A stretch of DNA of 64,000 nucleotides, taken from assembly GCF_006345805.1 (NCBI RefSeq), contig NW_021833083.1, positions 19,811 to 83,810 of the forward strand, written 5' to 3'. Source of the stretch: Octopus sinensis (Eukaryota). Position numbers and translations under genes: made by a program. Below are positions 39,925-53,712 of this stretch, one piece after another. The notes below the pieces were generated by a model. The model ran no database searches, was not told the origin of the DNA, and saw only the letters and a program-made list of their open reading frames with translations. Within the stretch, counting starts at the first letter, position 1. Every line of letters begins with the position of its first letter.

Positions 39925-40880
39925 GTATGCATGCATAATTGTATGTATGTCTGTATGTATGTATGTATGCATGCATACTTGTATGTATGTATGTATGTAT
40001 GTATGTATGTATGTATGTATGTATGCATGCATACTTGTATGTATGTATGTATGTATGCATGCATACTTGTATGTATGTATGTATGTATGTATGCATGCAT
40101 ACTTGTATGTATGTATGTATGTATGTATGTATGTATGTATGCATGCATACTTGTATGTATGTATGTATGCATGCATACTTGTATGTATGTATGTAAGTAT
40201 GTATGTATGTATGTATGTATTATGTGTGTATGTATGTATGTATGTATGTATGTATGTATGTATGTATGTATGTATGTATGTATGTATGTGTGTGTGTGTG
40301 TGTGTGTATGTATGTACATCTCTTCTATTTTTTAATTATTATAAATCTTCCACTGAGGAGGGAGCCAGTTTCCAACAAAGATACAAAGCTCTATGTATGT
40401 ATGTATGTATGTATGTATGTATGTATGTATGTATGTATATAAATATGTATTATGTGTGTATGTATGTATGTATGCATGTATGTATGCATGTATGTATGTA
40501 TGTATGTATGTATGTATGCATGTATGTATGTATGTTTGTATGTATGTATGTATGTACGCATGTATGTATGTATGTATGTATGCATGTACGCATGTATGTA
40601 TGTTGTGTGCAACTGTCGTTTAATCTGTAGGTAGATATGAGTACGTGGATAGAAAACCTCGCACAGAAGCAAAGGTACACATAAGCACAAACTCAGAAAT
40701 ACACATACACACAACTTCACCCGGAAAAGAATGAATACATATATAAATACTTAGAACACAGACTCACATACATACATACATACATACATACATACATACA
40801 TACATACATACTACAAACATACATAAATGCATACATACATACGTACATACAAACATACACACACATACACACATACCTAC
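39925..40880. repeat. Compound (TATG)n/(CATA)n field with a higher-order GTATGCATGCATACTT unit
   Basis: Seen directly. Confidence 0.95.
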
Positions 40881-41414
40881 ATACACACACACATACATGC
40901 GTACGATTGTGAACCACTTATGCACACAGCCGCATCACTGAGAGAGAAAAAACCCCATCTACACAGGCTCCTAGATTTTGGCACATACACATATACGAAA
41001 CTCCCTATCTTTCTATCTGCATGTGTGCCTGTATGAATATATGTGTATGTATGAATGTATGTACGTATGTATGTATGTATGTATGTATGTATGTATGTAT
41101 TTATGTATGTATGTGTGTATGTAAGTGTGTATGTGCATGTGTGTGTTTTGTAAGTATGTATACAATAACCATATTAAATATATAACCAGATAGCAGAGAA
41201 GAAGAGGGCGGTGACTAAATAGAATAAGTGGCTTTGTTCAATCCAGTTGTGAGCAATGATTCCACACTGATGACTAATTTAGAGCCAAGTCATTTATCAT
41301 GAATTGGCGAGGCTGGAAGACTGAAACAGATCTGAAAAATTTTGACATACCGCCCAGAGTGAGTTTGTTTTTCTTGGCCACTCCTATAATACTCTCATTG
41401 GCCAGCTGTAGTAC

Positions 41415-42170
<756 letters not shown>

Positions 42171-45100
42171 TGTAAACCGCGTGGTTAGACGAGTTATTTC
42201 TTCTTCTGAAATGTGAAAGCGCCCAATACGCACTCGCAAAAATGTTACGGAGCTGACAAATATTCAGCGTCTTTAGTTACTTTCGTATCATAGTTTCAGT
42301 TTTGTTCTAAGAAGTTTCGTCGAAGCTGTTATATAAATATATTATAAGGCGCTGTGTCTCGTGAGGTTTTGTATGACCGCTGATTTGTTTTTCCATATAT
42401 CATACTGTGTCCTGTAGTGGAGATTAGTTCTGTCTTTTTTTCTTTAATTTATTATAGGTTTGGAAGTTGTAGCTTTATATTACAGTTAAACAGAAAAATG
42501 GAATTCTAAGACATCGCTTCTTTTCTCAAAGCAACTCCCCTTTTTTTACGTGACATGTCACAATCTTGTGTTTTGTGCCAGTAACTAAGTTGAAAGGTCA
42601 TCAAATTTCTCGAGTAAGGAATCAGTGTTCCTAGATACTCGCATAAAATCATGTCACAGAAATAACTACCGACCCTCTCCCCGCCTCCTTTATATATATA
42701 TATATATATATATGATTTAATGTACACAGTATTTAAATAAGAGCTATTAATAGTTTCATGCTATGGAGACACGATAATTAGGCAGATTTTTTTTATAACA
42801 TACCTTGTGTCTGTCTCCAAGCAAACTTTCAGCTTCAGTGCACATGGTTAATCCTATTTGAAAACTAGGACGCTGGTTCGTGAGAAAGCACAAGAAAAAA
42901 ACGAGAAAATTGATTCAAAAAGAGAACGATTGGACAAAAGGTGACACACACACATACATATATATATAAGCATGTAAACTTGTAATTCTGGCTTTTTTCT
43001 CTCTCACCATGAACTGGGATTGAGGTATCACCTTAACTCTCGAAAGAAAGCAAAAGATAGTACCATTTTTCAACAATCTGCTTCTCGTAGAAGCACAACT
43101 GGTCCTACACAAGCTTTAGTTATCATAAGCAAAACCGTTCTCTCCCTGTCCTGAAGTGACCACATATAATTTCTTTATTATAAAGTTTTCAAAATTTTAG
43201 TTAGATTTAGAAATATATAAAAATAGCAATCTGTATATCATACTTAAAGCAGATGTGTTGTTGGAAGCCTGCTAAAAGCATCTCTTAAAAATGTGTAGTG
43301 TTAAAAATCATCTCTTATGGACGTGTAGCATTAAAAAGCAAAAATATATCAGTAAGAAATATATTCAACAATGTTTTTTTATTTTATCTAATGTTTTATT
43401 CCAATTTTTAAAATTGGTAGAGTATTACTTTATGGATATTTAGCTGTTATTGCTAACAAGTGACGTGAGTTGTAGATCCTATTTCCGTCGTTGACATGGA
43501 AGGTTCCAACTTTCGGCTGTGTGTTTCATTGGTTTGTAACGATGACCTCAAATTATTTCGTCCATGTTATGTACACCAGCGGACAGCAGGCATGATAAAC
43601 CTTCAATCATCACCGTAATCACAACTATCCACCATCACCACCACCACCACCACCACCACCAGTGCTGCTGTCAGTTTTTTTTCGAAATTTTGCTATAATT
43701 AGGAGAATAGTTATGGCTAAAATTATTGAAAAAAATAAACCGGTAAAAAAATGAATATATGAAATGGTTATTAAAAATTGAAAGCTAAAAAAAAACCAGA
43801 TACAAACTATAAAATAAGAAAAAAACACCCATTAGTCTGTAGGTTCCGCACAAGACAAACATCTTGACTTTATGCTTGTAGTTTATTTAGGCTTGTTCAT
43901 GTCTAAACCCGGTACAGCATTGATCGTGAAGACCTATATTCAAAAGTCCTTCTTGTCGTGACTACCCTGTCTTTTTCCCATATAAAATATAATCCAAGCC
44001 TACATTATCAAGTTATTTCTTTTCCTTTGTTTTTAGGTAGTAGACCATGATTTGAGGGAAACTTCGATACAATCTCCATAAGACAAGTGACCAAGTAGAG
44101 GTTGTTGATGATAATTCAGTTTGGAAGTTAAAGAAACACTCGTAAGATTTAAAGTACTACCACTGCTTGCAGTATTGAGCTGCTCCTGACAGTTCAGTGG
44201 ATTTGAATTTTGATAGATGCATAGACCACGAAATACAATACGGTGCTGGCGAAGGGATAACAATCTACAATCACTCAGCGACTTATGAACTAAAAATGTA
44301 GAACTCGTCAAGTGGTTGTCTGTTAACATTCAATAACCGCTCTTTTAGTTGTCAGCTATACTACATTACAGTCACTCGTCCACCCCAAACTAAGATTATT
44401 TAAATACAAAGAAAATACACCGTGGATGAGAAAACTAAACGGAACAAAACCAAGCATTTTCCCTTATCAACTAAGTTCATACATAGCTAAATAAGAATAC
44501 ATAAATATTTCGTCACAAATAATTTTATCACACCACAGTAAAAAGAAAAGAAAGCGAACATCTTTCATTTAAAAGTCTTATCATATAAGGTCCAGCTGTG
44601 TCGGGAAGACATTACTGATCCAAGCGAAATAGCAGCTCCTAAACTATTTCGGCGATGGTTATTAGCGACAGATGTAAATACTGGCGAGATTAAGGAAGTG
44701 AAATCCCCTGGTACTTTACGTGGAAAGTTCTTTACGCTGTTGTTCTGGACTGGATTGCAGGTATTTGCTTTTTAACTAATGTCAGAAGTGCATTGAATCA
44801 GCAACCAACAGCGCTATAGTTCACCGACTGGTAGTGTCAACAGAGCGTCGGGTAAACTACCTTGCGGTATACATTCCGAAACCTGAGTTTTTTTAGTTCA
44901 ATACTGCTGAGGTTAATTTTGTCTTTTCCCTTTCCCAATTAAAAATGGAGCCTCGCGAAATCGTTAGTTCGTCGTGCAGGATGTCTTGCTATATTTATTC
45001 CGACTTTTTGCGTTCTGAGTGGAAATTCCGCCCTAGCCTGCTTGAGGGACAGATTTAATCCGTCGCACAGTTTAACACCACCACCTGACCCTTTGATGCA

Positions 45101-45249
45101 TTTTTGCGAAGTTTACTCTTTCGTTAGCATTCAGGTTAGGTCTCCCTCTGCCGTCCACTTATCTCGGAGGCTCTGTAAAGAGTTATAAGCACTGCCCTTC
45201 TCGCCTGACTAAAAGATAAAATAGATTTAAATATTTAAAATTCTTTCAT

Positions 45250-45430
45250 TTCAATTTTAAGACAAGGCCAGCGACTATGAAGAGAGTGGGGTAAGTCGAT
45301 TACATCAACCCCAGTGCTCTGCTGGTATTTATTTACCGACCCCACAAGGAAAAAGGTATAGTCGATCTCAGTAGCATTTGAACTCAGAATCGGAAGAAAT
45401 ACAATTAAGCACTTTGTCTGGATGGGGAAT
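45250..45430 (-). mobile_element. Old family B SINE
   Basis: AAGGCCAGC...GTCGATTACATCAACCCCAGT...GAACTCAGAA. Confidence 0.75.
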
Positions 45431-45832
45431 TGTAACAATCTCGCAATCTCGGGCGAAATTTTAAAAATTAAAACAAATTTGTACTAGATTTTTATAATAG
45501 AACAAATTCACTAATCAAAAAATAATAACAGCGTTTGCATTTTTATCAAACTCTTTATAGTTTCATAAGGCAAAGAAAATGTGGGAAATTACTTCGGGCG
45601 TTGTGTGATCGATCAATGATTTCGATTTCTTTCTTTATAGCTTCTGTTTTATTGCTTTATTATGGGAAAAATTTCTAATCAGAATATTTTGTATAATGGT
45701 TTCCTTTTAGGAGGCAAAAGATATGTTACGCTTTAGAAGATGATTAAGTAGCAATGTGTTTATTCAGAGTAATAATTTTATTTCCAAACATTAAATTTGA
45801 GAAAAATAATATTGTAAATAACTAAGGATTAC

Positions 45833-45864
<32 letters not shown>

Positions 45865-46159
45865 ATTGTTTTATCCATTAATGCTGGATTATGAAATTAA
45901 CAATTACAAATATATTACCACATATAATTTTAAAGACTTTTAATAAAGTGAGAAGTTTCATTGAGTAAATTCTTTATTATTATCGAAACAAATTTAGATT
46001 TAAAACTCTGCAGTCAGGACCTAATATTTAGGATCAAGTATATCTCCTTGCTCTTCAGTCAGTTAACATCCGCCACTCAACATCCGCTGTACAATACCTT
46101 AACCGGAAATGTTTTTAAATATGACTCAATTACCACGGACATTTACACATTTCAAAATT

Positions 46160-46560
46160 AATTCAAGATTGATTTTCCGTCATCGGCAAGAAAATGATGA
46201 ATGCTAAAATTGAAATAAGAAAAGAAGGAAACCTGAGTAATTCACGAGATTAGTTTCAAATTTGAAATTAATCCGAAAACATAACTTCGTTTTACTCAAA
46301 CGAACTTATCCTTCAAAACCAATGGACACATAGTGAAAGCTGGCCGTTCACTCATTGACATTTCAAATATAAAGTCTTTGTCCACCGTGTAAAAGAAATA
46401 CCGTTAATATCGACTACTGAAGTGAAATAATATCGAAGTTAATTCCCTTACATCTCCATGTCCATACCCGTTCTTTTCTTGTCTTCATTATTAATGACTT
46501 CCTGCTATTTACTAACAAGCCTATCAACTTGTCTACGAACAATTCGTCTCTGAAACACCA
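46160..46560 (+). pseudogene. Highly decayed CR1/L2-like RT remnant
   Basis: Frameshifted motifs DIS...STV (DISKAFDRV-like), PVLF/LVFIINDF (PLLFLIFINDL-like) and LSTNNSSL (LFADDS-like) in the correct order. Confidence 0.4.
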
Positions 46561-47040
46561 ATCAATTATAAAAGCCGTCATTTGGTGGTGATTCAGTCAT
46601 TTTATTCAGATAGCATTTTACCTCGACGTTTTAAACGCTAATCAACTAAAGTGACTTTTATTTCATTTTCACAATGGGAACATCTCTACTAATATTTTAA
46701 GGAGTGGAAGTTGGTAAATGCAGAAGGTATTTTTAGAAAAATGGGTATTAACAACGTGATCCGAGCAATAAAATCAAGTACTCGGAAACAAAGTGTTTTC
46801 GTTCAGTCTCACAGCTTCATTATTTTCACGTCTATCGTTTTAGTCCATTCTCCATATCTCAGTTGGAGCTGATGAAATGCCATAAAATGTCATAGTGGTT
46901 CTAAATTCATTCCTTAATATGTTCATCTGATATGATATCCACGATCAGAAATGTGCGCGTAATAGTTAAACTCGCTGTTTCTAATTTTAAAATAACAGCA
47001 AAAAACAAAAAAAAAAACAAAAAAAATCTCATGCACTATC

Positions 47041-47255
47041 GGTTTCAAATACTGGCACAAGGCCTGCAGTCTCGGGAGGGAGTGTAAGTCGATTACATTG
47101 ACCTCAATGCTCAACTGGTACTTATTTTATCTACCTCGTAAGGATAAAATGCAAAGTCGGCATCAGTAGTATTTGAACTCAGAACATAGCGGCAGACGAA
47201 ATGCCGCTATGCATTTTTGCCTGATGTGCTAATGATTCTGCCATGGCGCCGCCTT
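47041..47255 (-). mobile_element. Family B SINE (tail B)
   Basis: Homologous head, body and tail. Confidence 0.82.
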
Positions 47256-48007
47256 ATAACGCATCTACTATTGAAATGAATACAGTTGAATCGATTGGTT
47301 GGATTTGTGTAATCAGAGGTATCCACAAAGGGGTGGTAATTTCTTTAAACTTCAGTGACCAGGGAAATGGAAACTGTAGTGTGTACATACCTTTTCGCAG
47401 GGAATTTGTTGTAAAAATGAGGCAGCTACATCTGGGATCTGAATCCCTGTGACAGCCTCTGTTCAACTATGTTACCCAACTATGTCCGATCTGCTGTTTC
47501 ACCAATTAATATTTTCATGACTGCTAATGTTTTACATAAGCGATGTTTGACGTTGATTTTTTGTAGCGTTAAGTGGAACAGAGCCATCCTATCGCATCTT
47601 ACTTTCACACAGAAGCTCGCTACGTTGAAATAGAAGCTAAATTATTCCCAGATCTCACCTCAGGAGCTTCTACATACTCACTCGATCAGCTAGAAATAGA
47701 ACTAAATCTTCCTTAAGTCAAATTCTATAATATATAGAATATATATAAAACAGGTTAAAATATAAAAAACGATAGACTATGTAATCTGATATAATCTTAA
47801 AACAGGGAACAATCATGGTTAGAATGCCTTTAATCACTGTATCTGTTTAATTAAAGGTAACCTGTTGCGAAACAACAACAACGAAACGATACTCTGGACA
47901 ATGTAGTCCTATTGTTAAATATGCAACCATACGGTAATCATATGTCACATCACAGTGTTTTCCTAAATATTTTTGCTTTATATTGTCAAATTACTACCCT
48001 TTACCAC

Positions 48008-48345
48008 CATGGCCCAGTGGGTAGAGTACCGGGCTCAGAATAGTGAGGTAGTGAGTTCGATTCACGGACCGGGCTGTGTGTTGTGTTCTTCAGCAAGACA
48101 CTTTATTTCACGTTGCTCCAGTTCTCTCAGCTGTAGAAATGAGTTGCGACGTCACTGGTGCCATGCTGTATCGGCCTTTGCCTTTCCCTTGGATAACACT
48201 GGTGGCGTGGAGAGGGGAGGCCGGAATGCATGGGTGACTGATGGTTTTCCATAAACAACCTTGCCCGGATTTGTGCCTGGGAGGGTAACTTTCTAGGTGC
48301 AATCCCATGGTCATTCATGACCAAAGGGGTTCTTTACCCGTACCC
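48008..48345 (+). mobile_element. tRNA-derived SINE with CORE-like block (fourth family)
   Basis: ATGGCCCAGTGGGTAG...GAGTTCGATTC...GTGTTCTTCAGCAAGACACTTTATTTCACGTTGCTCCAG. Confidence 0.75.
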
Positions 48346-48522
48346 TTGACCAATAGTTTGAACGACCAAAGCCGTCACACTTGTGGTTACGATCCAGTTC
48401 CTTAATACACATACTTTCGCATACACACAGACGCGTGCTTAGACACACATACGCATACATGCACATACATGCATACATACATACATACATACATATATAC
48501 ATACATACATGCATACATACAT

Positions 48523-48558
<36 letters not shown>

Positions 48559-48561
<3 letters not shown>

Positions 48562-49260
48562 CGACGAGGCATGACGTTGTAGCTAGGACATTCTATAATG
48601 AAATCCGTCGGAAGGATAATCCCGAGGACAAAGAAATAAAAACCCACAAGATGGTAGAAGCCATAGCCACTCATAATGAAATGGAGCACAGATGGAATGT
48701 AGCAGTGAAGACCCCAATAAAATGTAAGCCCAACAGACCCGATATAATGATTTGGGATAGAGAAGAGAAACTGTGCACAGTTGTGGAAATTAGCTGTCCA
48801 GTGGATGTTAACATAAAACTGAAGATCAGTGAAAAAGAGAACACCTACGCTGAACTATTGAGAAATGTACAGTTACTCTTGTATCCAGATTACAAGTTCA
48901 GGTTTATACCTGTAATTATTGGGGCCTGGGATATGTAATACACTGCCTAAATACCAATCTTGAAGAAATGAGCATCTCAAAACCAGAAAGGAGAAAGCTA
49001 ATTCGAAGACTACAGAACCAAGCCATCACTGGAACTGTAAAACTGTAGAACTTTCCAGAAATTTATCATTTAAATATATTTGAGCATGTCTAGATATGCA
49101 ACTATATGCATGAGAGTACATACATAAAACATACAAATCTGCACATACATACATACAAACAAAAATACCCTGTTGTTGATGTAGAAGAAACCTTGGATCT
49201 AGGTTAGAAACCGGTTCTTTCTCTATTGGCAAGAAATCTTGAAATAAACTGAATAATGAC
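48559..49260 (+). mobile_element. 5'-truncated R4/Dong-like LINE encoding a restriction-like endonuclease remnant
   Basis: RHDVVA...RPDIMIWDREEKLCTVVEISCPVDVNIKLKISEKENTY...FIPVIIGA: RHD plus PD-(D/E)xK RLE motifs. Confidence 0.88.
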
Positions 49261-49339
49261 ACACATAAGCGTTCACACACATATGCGAACTCACTCACAC
49301 ATACACGCACGCACATATATATATACGTATAAAAATATT

Positions 49340-49556
49340 TATTTCTTTATTGCCCACAGGGGGATAAACATAAAGGGTACAAACAAGGATAGACAAAGTC
49401 TATTACATCGACCCCAGTGTGTAACTGATTAATCGACCCCGAAAAGATGAAGGCAAAGTCGACCTTGGCGGAAATTGAACTCAGAACGTAACGGCAGATG
49501 AAACACCGATAGCCATTTCGTCCGGCGTGCTAACGTTTCTGCCAGCTCGCTGCCTT
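49340..49556 (-). mobile_element. Family B SINE, tail-A variant
   Basis: Minus-strand tail ...GGGCAATAAAGAAATA; imperfect TSD ACGTATAAAAATATT / ACGTACACAAATATT. Confidence 0.85.
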
Positions 49557-49587
49557 AAACGTACACAAATATTATATCAATAATTAT

Positions 49588-50037
49588 AAAGGCGACAAAG
49601 GCAGCGAATTTGCAGAATCGTTACCGCGCCGAAAAAATTGATTATCGGCATTTCTTCCGGGTTTATGTTCTGAGTTCAAATGCCGCTGTGGTTGACTTTG
49701 CTTTTCATTCGCCGGGGTCGACAAAATAAGTACAAGTTGAGCACTGGAATTGATGTAATCGACTAACCCTTTTCCCGAAATTGCTGACCTTGCGCAAAAA
49801 TTTGAAGCCGGCAATCATAAGGGCGGTTAAGCTGGCACATTCGTTACCGCGCCCGGCATATTGCGTAGCAGCATTTCTTCTAATTCTTTATGTTCTGAGT
49901 TTATATTCCGCCGAAGTCGACTTTACTTTTCATCCTTACGGAATCAATGAAGTAAATACCAGTTTAACATTGGGGTCGATGTAATGGACATCCCTCTTCT
50001 TTAGAATTGCTGACCCTGTGCCAAAATTTGAAACCAT
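49588..50037 (+). mobile_element. Two tandem family B SINEs (tail B)
   Basis: Two heads and two CTGACC(T/C)TG tails. Confidence 0.82.
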
Positions 50038-50064
50038 TATATCTATAATTTTAATAAAATTTGA

Positions 50065-50482
50065 GGCGTAGGAATGGCTGTGGGGTAAGTAGCTTGCTTA
50101 CCAACCACATGGTTCCGGGTTAAGTCACACTGCGTGGCACCTTGGACAAGTGTCTTCTACTATTGCCTCGGGCCGACCAAAGTCTTGTGAGTGGATTTAG
50201 TAGACGGAAACTGAAAAGAAGCCCGTCGTATATATGTATATGTATATATATGTACGCGTGTGTATATGTTTGTGTGCCTGTGTTTGTCCCCGCAACATCA
50301 CTTGACAACCGATGCTGGTGTGTTTATGTCTCCGTAACTTAGCGGTTCGGCAAAAGAGATCGATAGAATTGGTACTAAGCTTACAAAGAATAAGTTCCGA
50401 AGTCGATTTGCTCGACTAAAGGCGGTTCTCCAGCATGGCCATAGTCAAATGACTGAAACAAGTAAAAGAGTAAAAGAGTAAA
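50065..50482 (+). mobile_element. Family A composite SINE
   Basis: Homologous to the 1281 copy. Confidence 0.92.
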
Positions 50483-51099
50483 ACACTTGAACTGCATTTA
50501 GTCCCACTCCAGCGGATGTTTACCAATTGACAATAGAGACGAAACCAAGCAAGAAGCCTGTAACAAGTTGTGTCATTTCTTTGCTATCGTCTGGAAGTCT
50601 AACGTAAATATAAAACCGAAAATATATGAGCGGAAGAGGAAACGCAATATCGAACAAAGTGATTTGTTTAAAACTTGTAGAGAATCTATTTTTGTATTAT
50701 TGTAAAATATATATTCTGCGGTTAAATAGGTCAAGAGCGAAAAGAAACAAAAGAAAATGGATAAAAGTAGAGAAAAAAAATTCTACTTTTAAATTATGTG
50801 CGAAAATAATATGAGACGCCAAAATGTGCTTCTGTGTTTGTCGGTTCAATAACATTCTGGCTATATAATTTTAATAATTAATGAAGACAGACTTTTGATT
50901 AAAATTATGAACCAAAATTGCTAGCTCTGTCTTCAGCACCATTCTGAATTTCTGTCATCTTAAAATCTCAAATCCGAATTAAAATTTTACACGGATATAT
51001 TCTACCATGCGCATATTTGTGCTAGACAGGTTTTTGCGTCTGATAGTTCTTTCATTACACACACACGCACGCACACACACTAACACACACACACACACA

Positions 51100-51103
51100 C
51101 AAC

Positions 51104-51190
<87 letters not shown>

Positions 51191-51199
51191 TATTATTAT
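51100..51199. repeat. (ATT)n microsatellite
   Basis: Seen directly; gives the poly-L ORF. Confidence 0.98.
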
Positions 51200-51352
51200 G
51201 AAAATGTTTTAAATGATAATATATGTGACTCTCAAAATGTCTTGAGTGCCACCTTTCATTTGTCCACTCACTAGTCTATATATATATATATATATATAAT
51301 GCACACATACATATGTAAACACATGTGTATATATGTATATATATATACAATA

Positions 51353-52639
51353 TTTGGTCGTCAAGTATAAAATTTGTAGTAAGGTATATGGTAAACTTTG
51401 ACAGCTGCTCAGTTTGCGCCATTATTATATTTTGATAATCATTATATTTTGTTAGAAAGCTGACACATCTATTTATTTATTCCAACTCATTTTGCGCTTT
51501 ATAAAGTATTTATAAATCTTCTTTTTCTATTTTTGTTTAGAGATGGATAATTCGGAAATTCGTACAGTTTTGAAACATAAGTTCTTTCTTGGAAATACAG
51601 CATCAGAGACAGCTCTGAATATTAACGGAGTATTTCATTCTAATGTTATTACACAGCAGACAGTATCAAATTGGTTTTCAAAATTTCGTTCTGGTAACTT
51701 TGACCTCACAAATGAGTAACACGGTCGACCAGAAAGAAAGGTGGATAATGACGAACTGAAAGCCACCGTTGAGTCAGCTCATCTTAAAGTGCTCGTGAAT
51801 TATCGTTGTTGTTTGGTGTTAGCAAGCAAACATTATTGACTCACCTAGTTCAAATCGGTGAAGAGAAAAAGTTGGATAAGTGGGTTCCACATGAACTCAA
51901 TGAACATCAGAAACAGTAGCGTTTGGAAGCCTGCATTATGCTACTTTCTCGTCACAAAAATGAATCAATTTTTAATCGAATTGTAACATGCGATAAGAAA
52001 TGGATCCAATACAACAACCGTAAACGTTCAGCACAATGGTTGGACAAAGACGAGCCACCAAAACACAGTCCAAAAAAAAAAAAAAAATTCATCAAAGAAA
52101 CTGATCGTGTGTGTTTGGTGGTCTGGCGCAGGTGTGATCCATTATGATTTCATTAAACCAGGCTCATCAATAACAGCCGAAGTATACTTCAACCAACTGG
52201 ACCAAATGATGCAGAAACTTACAAAAAGAAAGCCTAGATTAGTCAACAGATTTACTCCTATTTTATTGCAAGACAACGCCAGACCACACATCGCAAAAAT
52301 GACATCGGCGAAACTACAGGAGTTGGAGTTGGAAGTTCTTCATCATCCACCGTACTCACTTGATCATGCTACCACTGACTACCACTTCCTCCAGAATTTG
52401 GATAACTTTTTGATAGGAAAAAATTAAATTCCAACGATGCTGTAAAACAGGCCTTCTAAGATTTTATTGACTCTAGATTGCCAGGCTTTTACAATTCTGA
52501 GCTGGACAAGCTACTGCTGAAATGGCAAAAGTGTATTGACAATATGGGTGAATACTTTGTTGAATATAACTATTCCTTGTATTTATAAAACATTAGTAAA
52601 CTTTTTTCTTTTCTTCAAATTTCATACTTGACGACCTAA
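51353..52639 (+). mobile_element. Full-length mariner (cecropia/Hsmar1-like), 1287 bp
   Basis: TIR TTTGGTCGTCAAGTATAAAATTTG vs TTAGGTCGTCAAGTATGAAATTTG (rc); TA flanks. Confidence 0.95.
51543..52565 (+). pseudogene. Inactivated DD34D mariner transposase
   Basis: MDNSEIRTVLKHKF...WFSKFRSG, IVTCDKKWIQYNN, LLQDNARPH and HPPYSLDHATTDYHF; stops and frameshifts. Confidence 0.94.
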
Positions 52640-53033
52640 TATATGAATGCATATATATGTGTCTATGTGTGTGTGAGTGTGCGCGTGCGCATGTTCGTGC
52701 GTGCGTTTATGTGTATGTCTGAGACACGGAGACATACACAGGGACGCATACACTTCCACCGCTACACACATGCGTTTACAACACTTTACGTTTGTTTACC
52801 TTTCTACTTCTTAGAAACTCTGTGGTCGTATGTGCTGGGTCATTTAATGTCCTGTATCAGAGCCATTTGACAAACAGAGGTGAAAGAAAGTCAGTACTGG
52901 TTCCTATATGATTGACGGCTTCCTTCAAAATGGTGCTTAGCAAGACCAGTCTAATACCAATGAAAATCACTAAGCGAATATACATACATACGAATATATG
53001 CGTCTCTCTCTCTCGCCTCTTATATAATATATC

Positions 53034-53106
<73 letters not shown>

Positions 53107-53107
53107 A

Positions 53108-53500
53108 TAATTAATTAGAGACAAAACCACTATTATGCAAATCAAACAAAGAAAGACTTAATCGAATACATAAAAAAAATTTATTAAATTAAATATAATT
53201 AAGATAATTAAGATATCCACTACGATCGTTTCTTGTCACTTCAATGGACATTCATCAGGTGGTTCAAGACCTAAAATATAATCAATATTTTTAAGATATA
53301 ATTTGAAATGACTAATATATATAAAATATAAAATTATCAATGAAAATCTATATAATAAATCAGAACTAAAATAACCTCTATAAACGATTGTATTATAATG
53401 AAACCTAGTATTTAAATTCTCATATTTAAAGATGAAATAGCTAATTTCAAAAAACAAAAAAAACAAAAAATAAAAAATATATATACACACTTGCTCATGC
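53108..53500 (-). mobile_element. AT-rich interspersed repeat with hammerhead (Penelope pLTR-like), flanked by (TA)n
   Basis: Contains the hammerhead below; boundaries are approximate. Confidence 0.55.
53217..53262 (-). ncRNA. Minimal type I hammerhead ribozyme with palindromic stem III
   Basis: CCAC CUGAUGA A UGUC cauugaagu GACA A GAAA CGAUCG UA GUGG: stems I, II and III and a GUA triplet; A-A mismatch at 10.1/11.1. Confidence 0.78.
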
Positions 53501-53549
53501 AAATATATCCATGTATATATATATATATATATATATACACACGCATACA

Positions 53550-53712
53550 TACGACGGACTTCTTTCAATTTCCGTCAAACTTAATCCACTCACAAGGCTT
53601 TGGGCTGATCGAGGCTATGGTAGAAGACTCCTGCCCAAGGTATCACGTAGCGCGACTGAAACCGGAATCGTGTGGTTGAGAAACAAATTTCTTACTACAA
53701 GGCTACGCCTGT
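53550..53712 (-). mobile_element. Diverged family A SINE head
   Basis: TACGACGG...AATCCACTCACAAGGCTTTG... Confidence 0.75.

Noticed and set aside
46866-46900. CTGATGAAATGCC hammerhead-like start
   Set aside because: GAAA box absent.
48008-48075. Functional tRNA gene
   Set aside because: The A/B-box head continues into a SINE body; no proper cloverleaf. The same applies to the other SINE heads.
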